Part shown: positions 58,935-64,000 of the stretch, piece after piece
Layout of the letters: each line of letters starts with the position of its first letter
Numbering within the stretch: position 1 is the first letter of the stretch
Source of the DNA: an uncultured bacterium
GTDB taxonomy: Bacteria; Krumholzibacteriota; Krumholzibacteriia; Krumholzibacteriales; Krumholzibacteriaceae
Direction: 5' to 3'
Assembly (NCBI GenBank): GCA_963786935.1
Contig: CAWBAN010000002.1
Location: 192,001 to 256,000, forward strand
Length of the DNA: 64,000 nt
The notes under the pieces: model-generated
What the model was told of the DNA's origin: nothing
What the model saw: only the letters and a program-made list of their open reading frames with translations
The model's database searches: none
Position numbers and translations under genes: made by a program

Positions 58935-60311
58935 CTATATCCGCGCGATGAGGCGCAGCTCGGCCTGCGGCTTGAATCCCTCGTTTCCAATCGTCCGAAA
59001 GAAGCCGCCCGCGGCCGCGCTCAGGTAGAGATGCCTGCGCAGCGGGTATTCCGCCGAGATCTCCGAGTAGGCGTCACGGTCGGAGAATCCCGAGGGGCGG
59101 GATTTCCATTCGTACGATCGCCCCTGGAGCTGCGCCCGGAGCGAGAAGTCCCGGACCTGCTTCATGACCGTCGCCTCGAGCGAGTAGAATTCGATGAAAT
59201 CGGACTGCATCAGTTGCGCGCCGGCGTCCGCCGTGAATCCGGCGAACGGCGGCGTCATCACGTAAGCATTCGCCGTCCACCCGGATCGCACGCCCGCCAT
59301 CGAGGAGAGCGCCCCGCGTATGCCCCAGCCGCCGCGCGCGAGTGAGCCCGACAGCCGGAAATCGCGATAGGTCGAAGGCGGCTGTTCCGAGTAGAGCCCC
59401 CAGTAGGGAATGTTCCGCCCCTTGTCGAGTTGATAGAGCTGATCGAAGGGGTTCCGCCACTGCGACGCCGTGAGGCTCAGGCTCCCCCGGTCGCCGCGCC
59501 AGGACAGCGTCGCGCCGGCGCGCGCGGTTTCCTCGAACTCGAAGTCGTACGCCGCGTACGTTTCGAGCCAGACGCCCCGCGAGAGCATGACGTTGACGCC
59601 GGCCGGCGCCTCCCGCTGCTTGATATCGAAGTAGGCCGCCTGTTGATATCCGGCCGAGAGCCGCACGCGCGCGTTCGAGTATTTCAGGTACGCCGAGGAG
59701 AGGAGGTCGTCCGACGCCTCGTGACCGTCCCAGACGTCCACGAGCCTGCCGGCCGCGGCGCCGGCCGTGAGGCCGCCGACCTCGTACGAGACGGACGCCC
59801 CGTCGATCACCGGAGAGCTCGAGTAGCCCATCTCGGGGATGAATCTGCCGAGCCGCGCGCCGAGCCCGCGGACGAGGAGGCCGTCGGTCTCGATCGAGCC
59901 CGTATGGAGGATGTTTCTGTTCGCGAACGCGCTCTCGAGCACGTGCTTGTCGGTGCGCGCGAAGTGCAGCCAATGATGGCTGCGATATTTCAATACGATC
60001 CGGTCGGCGAACGCGGATATCTGGAACGAGCCGGTGAGACGCAGGCCGCTGTAGACCGTCGACGCCGACGAGGAGCCGACGTACGCGTAGCGCGCGTTGA
60101 TGTATCCTTTTGCCTTGATGCCGCCGGAGCCGCTCGCCGCCGCGGAGGAATCGGGGGCGTGAGCGGCTGCGGGCGCCGATCGCGGAAAGAGCGGGAGCGC
60201 GGCAAGCGAGAGAGCGAGGAGCGCCGCCCATGGTCGCCCGCGCGAGCGGCCGCGACGCGCCGCCGTCGCTCCGGCCGCGCGGCCTTCGCGCGAGGCCCGC
60301 GCCTCAGTCAT
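58935..60311 (-). CDS. Putative outer-membrane beta-barrel (porin) associated with cytochromes
   Basis: Signal-like segment, many alternating amphipathic strands, LGRF motif; overlaps the cytochrome stop. Confidence 0.7.
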   Translation of the reverse strand: MTEARASREGRAAGATAARRGRSRGRPWAALLALSLAALPLFPRSAPAAAHAPDSSAAASGSGGIKAKGYINARYAYVGSSSASTVYSGLRLTGSFQISAFADRIVLKYRSHHWLHFARTDKHVLESAFANRNILHTGSIETDGLLVRGLGARLGRFIPEMGYSSSPVIDGASVSYEVGGLTAGAAAGRLVDVWDGHEASDDLLSSAYLKYSNARVRLSAGYQQAAYFDIKQREAPAGVNVMLSRGVWLETYAAYDFEFEETARAGATLSWRGDRGSLSLTASQWRNPFDQLYQLDKGRNIPYWGLYSEQPPSTYRDFRLSGSLARGGWGIRGALSSMAGVRSGWTANAYVMTPPFAGFTADAGAQLMQSDFIEFYSLEATVMKQVRDFSLRAQLQGRSYEWKSRPSGFSDRDAYSEISAEYPLRRHLYLSAAAGGFFRTIGNEGFKPQAELRLIARI

Positions 60312-61281
60312 CGCCGCCTCCCGGAAATCCCCCGGGATGGCAGTCGAGACAGCGGCCGCCGTTGTCGTTCGCATGCCCGGCGTGGCACGCGTGGCATGTG
60401 TATTCGGCGTAGTTCTGGGGATTGCCGTGGCACGTGGCGCACGCCACGCCCGCGTGCTGGCCCGTCAGGACGTTGAACCAGAACGGGCTGTGCGCGTAGG
60501 ACCACGAGTCTTGCAGATGGCATTCCTGGCAGTTGGTTCCCGCGCCGTACGTCGCGTGCGGGAATGGGGAGCTCCGGTAATCCGCCTCGTGACAGCTCGC
60601 GCACTGCGTCGGCCGCGGCACGATCTTGAACGACTGCAGATCGCGGTGGCAATCGCCGCACTCGAGCGCGCGATGGGCTCCCATGAGCGGGAATCCGGTC
60701 ATGTTGTGATCGAATCGCGTAACGTTCCACACGGGGGAGCGATGGCACGCGTAGCAGTCGGTGCCGAGCGAGCCCTTGTGAAAATCCTCGTGGCAGCTCG
60801 TGCAGTTCCGGTTCGCCTTTTCGAATCTCTTCCCTTCGTGGCACCTCACGCAGGAAACGTCCTGATGAATCGCGAACATGTCCTTCGCCGGATGCTTGAA
60901 TTTCACCTGCGCGAAGGGCATGCCGGCTGTATGACAGTCCTCGCATTTCATTTTCAATTTGTCGCCGTGCGGCGGGCGGTGGCAGCCCGCGCAGCTCGAG
61001 CTCGGCTGCCGCTCTCCGTGACAGGCGTCGCACGCGATCTCGCGATGGCGGCCGAGAAGGGGAAAGCCCGTGTTCGCGTGCTCGTCGAGGAAGCCCGCGT
61101 CGGACGAGTCGGCCGCCGGCGCAGCGTCGCCCGCTCCGCCCGTACCGCCCGCGGTCGGCTTGACCCGCGGGGGGCCGCATGTTTCGAGCAGCACGGCGGA
61201 GAACAGCGCGGCCGCCGCGAGAAAGACGAAGAGGGCCGCGCGACGATCGAATCCCCGCCGGCCCGGCGTCAATCTCCGCAT
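60304..61281 (-). CDS. Dodecaheme c-type cytochrome
   Basis: 12 CxxCH motifs; H..TGFPL.G.H repeats; N-terminal hydrophobic signal. Confidence 0.9.
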   Translation of the reverse strand: MRRLTPGRRGFDRRAALFVFLAAAALFSAVLLETCGPPRVKPTAGGTGGAGDAAPAADSSDAGFLDEHANTGFPLLGRHREIACDACHGERQPSSSCAGCHRPPHGDKLKMKCEDCHTAGMPFAQVKFKHPAKDMFAIHQDVSCVRCHEGKRFEKANRNCTSCHEDFHKGSLGTDCYACHRSPVWNVTRFDHNMTGFPLMGAHRALECGDCHRDLQSFKIVPRPTQCASCHEADYRSSPFPHATYGAGTNCQECHLQDSWSYAHSPFWFNVLTGQHAGVACATCHGNPQNYAEYTCHACHAGHANDNGGRCLDCHPGGFPGGGDD

Positions 61282-61898
61282 TCGCCACCTGCCCATTTTG
61301 CGTCGTGACATCCGTAGCACGACGGCTGTCCGGCGGTGCCGCCCCTGAGGTCGCCGCCGTGGCAGCGCGCGCAGTTCGTGAAAGGCTGGCAATAACCGGG
61401 CGCGTGGAGATGGCCGTCGAAGTTGATCGTGTGATTGTTCACTCCGCAGCTCGGTCCGTTCCAATTATCCAGATGGCAGGATGTGCATGACGGCTGTCCG
61501 GCCGTGCCGCCCGTGAGATCGCTTCCGTGGCACTGCGCGCAGTTCACGAAAGGCTGGCAGTAGCCCGGCGCATGGAGATGGCCGCCGAGATTGACCGTGT
61601 GCGTGGACAATCCGCACGTCGCTTCGTTCCAATGATCCGTATGGCATTTCGTGCAGGCGGGCTGTCCCAGGGGTCCTCCCTTGAGGCTATCGCCGTGACA
61701 CGCGGTGCAGTAGAGAAAAGGCTGGCAGTAGCCCCCTGCGTGATTCGTTCCGCCGAGATTCACGGTATGGCCTGGCCGCGCAGGCACGCTCGGCCCGCGT
61801 TGCCCCGCGCGAATGGGATTATCCGGCTCCCAGCAGCTCGCCAGCGCGAACGCGAGAAAAAGGAATGCGGCCGCGGCGCAGAAGAGCTTCTTGCTCAT
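61269..61898 (-). CDS. Hexaheme c-type cytochrome lipoprotein with three tandem diheme repeats
   Basis: Lipobox ALASC; 3x HT.N..G..HA.GYCQPF..CxxCHG..L.GG..GQP.CxxCH...W. Confidence 0.88.
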   Translation of the reverse strand: MSKKLFCAAAAFLFLAFALASCWEPDNPIRAGQRGPSVPARPGHTVNLGGTNHAGGYCQPFLYCTACHGDSLKGGPLGQPACTKCHTDHWNEATCGLSTHTVNLGGHLHAPGYCQPFVNCAQCHGSDLTGGTAGQPSCTSCHLDNWNGPSCGVNNHTINFDGHLHAPGYCQPFTNCARCHGGDLRGGTAGQPSCYGCHDAKWAGGECGD

Positions 61899-62094
61899 AA
61901 TCGTTATGATTATGCGCGACATGCTTAATGTATACAGGGCTGGCGGATTCAAGTCAAGACACGATGCCGAACGGAAAAATTAGTCGGGGATCCTCGGCGC
62001 GTCGCATGACCACCGGAAGCCATGGATAACTGCTATGTTTATTCCATATCCATGCAGACATCCGCAGTCTATCGCCGTGCATCATTGAGTGACC

Positions 62095-62124
62095 TTGATA
62101 CAATATGTTGATTTGTAGTAGAAT
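62095..62124 (+). promoter_or_regulatory. Putative cassette promoter (Pc) of array 2
   Basis: TTGATA-18 bp-TAGAAT at the position equivalent to the array 1 promoter. Confidence 0.55.
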
Positions 62125-62167
62125 GAGAGCAATCCGGAGAAGAAACAACGATGTTATGCGGCGAGCG

Positions 62168-62215
62168 TTCGCAGTCTTATCTGTGGAACACAGAACTGTC
62201 TATATGGCGTTAGTC
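62168..62215 (+). other. attI-like site, array 2 (core GTTAGTC at 62209-62215)
   Basis: TTCGCAGTCTTATCTGTGGAACACAGAACTGTCTATATGGCGTTAG matches the array 1 site. GTTAGTCTG is complementary to CAGACTAAC at the end of the first cassette. Confidence 0.85.
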
Positions 62216-62259
62216 TGATTAGGCTATATCGAAGATCTCATGCCTGGGAGATTAGTGTT

Positions 62260-62559
62260 ATGAACCGTCATTCCTGCCCCAAATGTGAACATGAGGTGCC
62301 AAAGATGCAGCGCTATGTGCAAAACTATTTGTGGGCCAAATGGGAATGTTCACACTGTGGAACTCGGCTCGGTTTTGCCGCGATGCCACGCCTGCTGCTG
62401 GTTCTTGTCGATGCAATCACCATTTCGTTAGTTTTCTTGATGAGGTATCGCTGGGGATTGGATCATCGGTGGTGGCTCTGGGGATATCTTATACTATCGA
62501 CTTTGCTGGTGGTGCCGCTTATCGATAGGATAGTAGTGGTAGAAAGAAGAACAGACTAA
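62260..62559 (+). CDS. Array 2 cassette A: N-terminal zinc ribbon (CPKC...CSHC) plus two TM helices
   Basis: 99 aa, stop inside the attC inverse core. Confidence 0.8.
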   Translation: MNRHSCPKCEHEVPKMQRYVQNYLWAKWECSHCGTRLGFAAMPRLLLVLVDAITISLVFLMRYRWGLDHRWWLWGYLILSTLLVVPLIDRIVVVERRTD

Positions 62560-62665
62560 CTCCGCATGCAGCTGACGGCCGCTGCCGTCACGCCGCCTGC
62601 GGAGCACGCGGCGCGCCGGCCCGCCGGGGCGGCGGACGCGGCCGCAGCTGATGCCGGCGTTAGGC
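62554..62665 (+). repeat. attC site A (112-bp family)
   Basis: GACTAAC...GTTAGGC. Confidence 0.95.
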
Positions 62666-62698
62666 ATGAGTGTCGCGCTTGTGAGATTGGCTGAGGAG

Positions 62699-63391
62699 AT
62701 GAGTCTTCGCAAATCAATTGTCGCTGCTTTCGCAGCCCTGATAATTATTGCTCCCCGCGCGGATGCCGGTGGGTTCCTGCGAGGGCTTCGATTTGAGGCC
62801 GGTTACGTGCACGTCTCTCTCCAGCCCGGGGACTTCAGCGACGGCATGATACGGATCGGTACCGATAAGTGGTTCAGGAGCATTGACGAGGCGTCTGGTA
62901 TCGAAGCTGGTGTGGGCTACGCCGCGAGTTCGCGGCTCACAGTCGGCCTGAGAACGGGGTATGCGTTTGGATCCAATGAGATTCCGATAAAGTTCTGCCT
63001 CAATCCCCATGATTTTTCCGATTGTGTTGATTCGGAACTCGAGTGTCGAATAGCCGACGTGCCGTTGGTCCTTACGCTGGATTATCGTGCCACACGGGCC
63101 GACTGGGCGACCGCGATTGAACTCGCAGGCGAGATGCATTTCGTTGAGTTCAGCAGTCGGACACCGGAAATCGAGTCACTCGGGATGGACGCCCGCAAGA
63201 CCGTCCTGGGAGAAGAGACAACATTCGGTGCTCACGCCGCGCTTGCAGTGGAGTGGTCGCCAGGCAGCAAGCTGCTTCTCGGCGCGCGCGCGGGCTATCG
63301 TGTCACCGAGACCATGCAGTTGGAGGGATTCAGTTTGGAACTTGGGGGCTGGTTTCTCGGGCTGTTCATTGGGCTGAGACCATGGGCATAG
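62699..63391 (+). CDS. Array 2 cassette B: outer-membrane beta-barrel protein
   Basis: GAGGAG RBS, signal peptide, alternating strands (LTVGLRTGY, LGARAGYR). Confidence 0.75.
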   Translation: MSLRKSIVAAFAALIIIAPRADAGGFLRGLRFEAGYVHVSLQPGDFSDGMIRIGTDKWFRSIDEASGIEAGVGYAASSRLTVGLRTGYAFGSNEIPIKFCLNPHDFSDCVDSELECRIADVPLVLTLDYRATRADWATAIELAGEMHFVEFSSRTPEIESLGMDARKTVLGEETTFGAHAALAVEWSPGSKLLLGARAGYRVTETMQLEGFSLELGGWFLGLFIGLRPWA

Positions 63392-63404
63392 CGGGATCGC
63401 TCCG

Positions 63405-63516
63405 GCCTAACTCCGCATACGGCTGACGGCCGCTGCCGTCACGCCGCCTGCGGAGCACGCGGCGCGCCGGCCCGCCGGGGCGGCGGGCGCGGCCGCAGCT
63501 GATGCCGGTGTTAGGC
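63405..63516 (+). repeat. attC site B (112-bp family)
   Basis: GCCTAAC...GTTAGGC. Confidence 0.95.
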
Positions 63517-63555
63517 CGCCAACCATGAAGGGCCTAGGGAGATGGACCTCCAATC

Positions 63556-64000
63556 ATGGCATCGACAATTGGCATCAAACGTCAGATATCTCGGTTCGTC
63601 CGTGCTCGCACGTTCGGGGCGATGCTGGTGATGGCATATGCTCTCGGCACGCCCGGCGGCCATGCCGGCAGCAATCAAAGCGACGCGAATAATCTTGGAA
63701 TCAGATGGAAGGAGGTCGATGCCGGCACGTTCACGATGGGCAGTGGGACGACTGGACGACAGGTTGCCATCGATCGCTTCCTGATGAGCGCGACAGAAGT
63801 CACGTTCGATCAGTATGATGCCTTTTGTGATGCGACGGGGAAGCAGAAGCCGGACGACAATGGCTGGGGGCGAGGATCAAGGCCCGTGCTCGATGTTTCG
63901 TATGATGACGCGGTCGAGTTCTGTCAGTGGTTCAGCAAGGTTACCGGCAGTGCCGTGCGATTGCCAAACGAAGCCGAATGGGAGTATGCCGCGCAGGGCG
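63556..64000 (+). CDS. Array 2 cassette C: FGE-sulfatase (SUMF1/EgtB-like) domain protein, 3' truncated
   Basis: Translated by hand (not in the ORF track): GTFTMGS, TEVTFDQY, RPVLDVSYDDA..FCQW, RLPNEAEWEYAA. Confidence 0.85.
   Translation, partial: MASTIGIKRQISRFVRARTFGAMLVMAYALGTPGGHAGSNQSDANNLGIRWKEVDAGTFTMGSGTTGRQVAIDRFLMSATEVTFDQYDAFCDATGKQKPDDNGWGRGSRPVLDVSYDDAVEFCQWFSKVTGSAVRLPNEAEWEYAAQG

Larger units (their letters stand above)
62005..64000 (+). mobile_element. Second cassette array with its own promoter/attI platform and no adjacent integrase (runs off window)
   Basis: Platform homologous to 32580-32791; two 112-bp attCs of the same family; three cassettes visible. Confidence 0.9.

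Noticed and set aside
1..64000. tRNA, rRNA, prophage or IS elements
   Set aside because: None recognisable by eye: no transposase or phage structural motifs and no tRNA cloverleaf signature.

Overview
GC-rich bacterial chromosomal window. The FlgD-Ig/T9SS-type C-terminal domains and the C-terminal 'TWGxIKxL' tails suggest an FCB-group lineage such as Krumholzibacteriota or Latescibacterota (inference). 1-31 kb is envelope and housekeeping DNA: two paralogous secreted proteins, a 16-aa repeat protein, an octaheme cytochrome, a CocE hydrolase, secD/secF, a sigma54-type promoter, an NtrY-like kinase and a DUF4159/DUF4175/TPR cluster. 31.5-41.2 kb is a chromosomal integron whose integrase points towards its array, not away from it. 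It has a ~200-bp promoter/attI platform and 13 cassettes separated mostly by a homogeneous 112-bp attC family. The array includes two toxin-antitoxin cassettes, arsC, a duplicated cassette with a nonsense mutation and a decaying distal end. 41-59 kb holds accessory genes, and 59-62 kb a porin plus two multiheme cytochromes. At ~62.0 kb a diverged second copy of the promoter/attI platform, with no integrase beside it, starts a second array with the same attC family that runs off the window. All calls come from reading the sequence and ORF track by eye; no searches were run.
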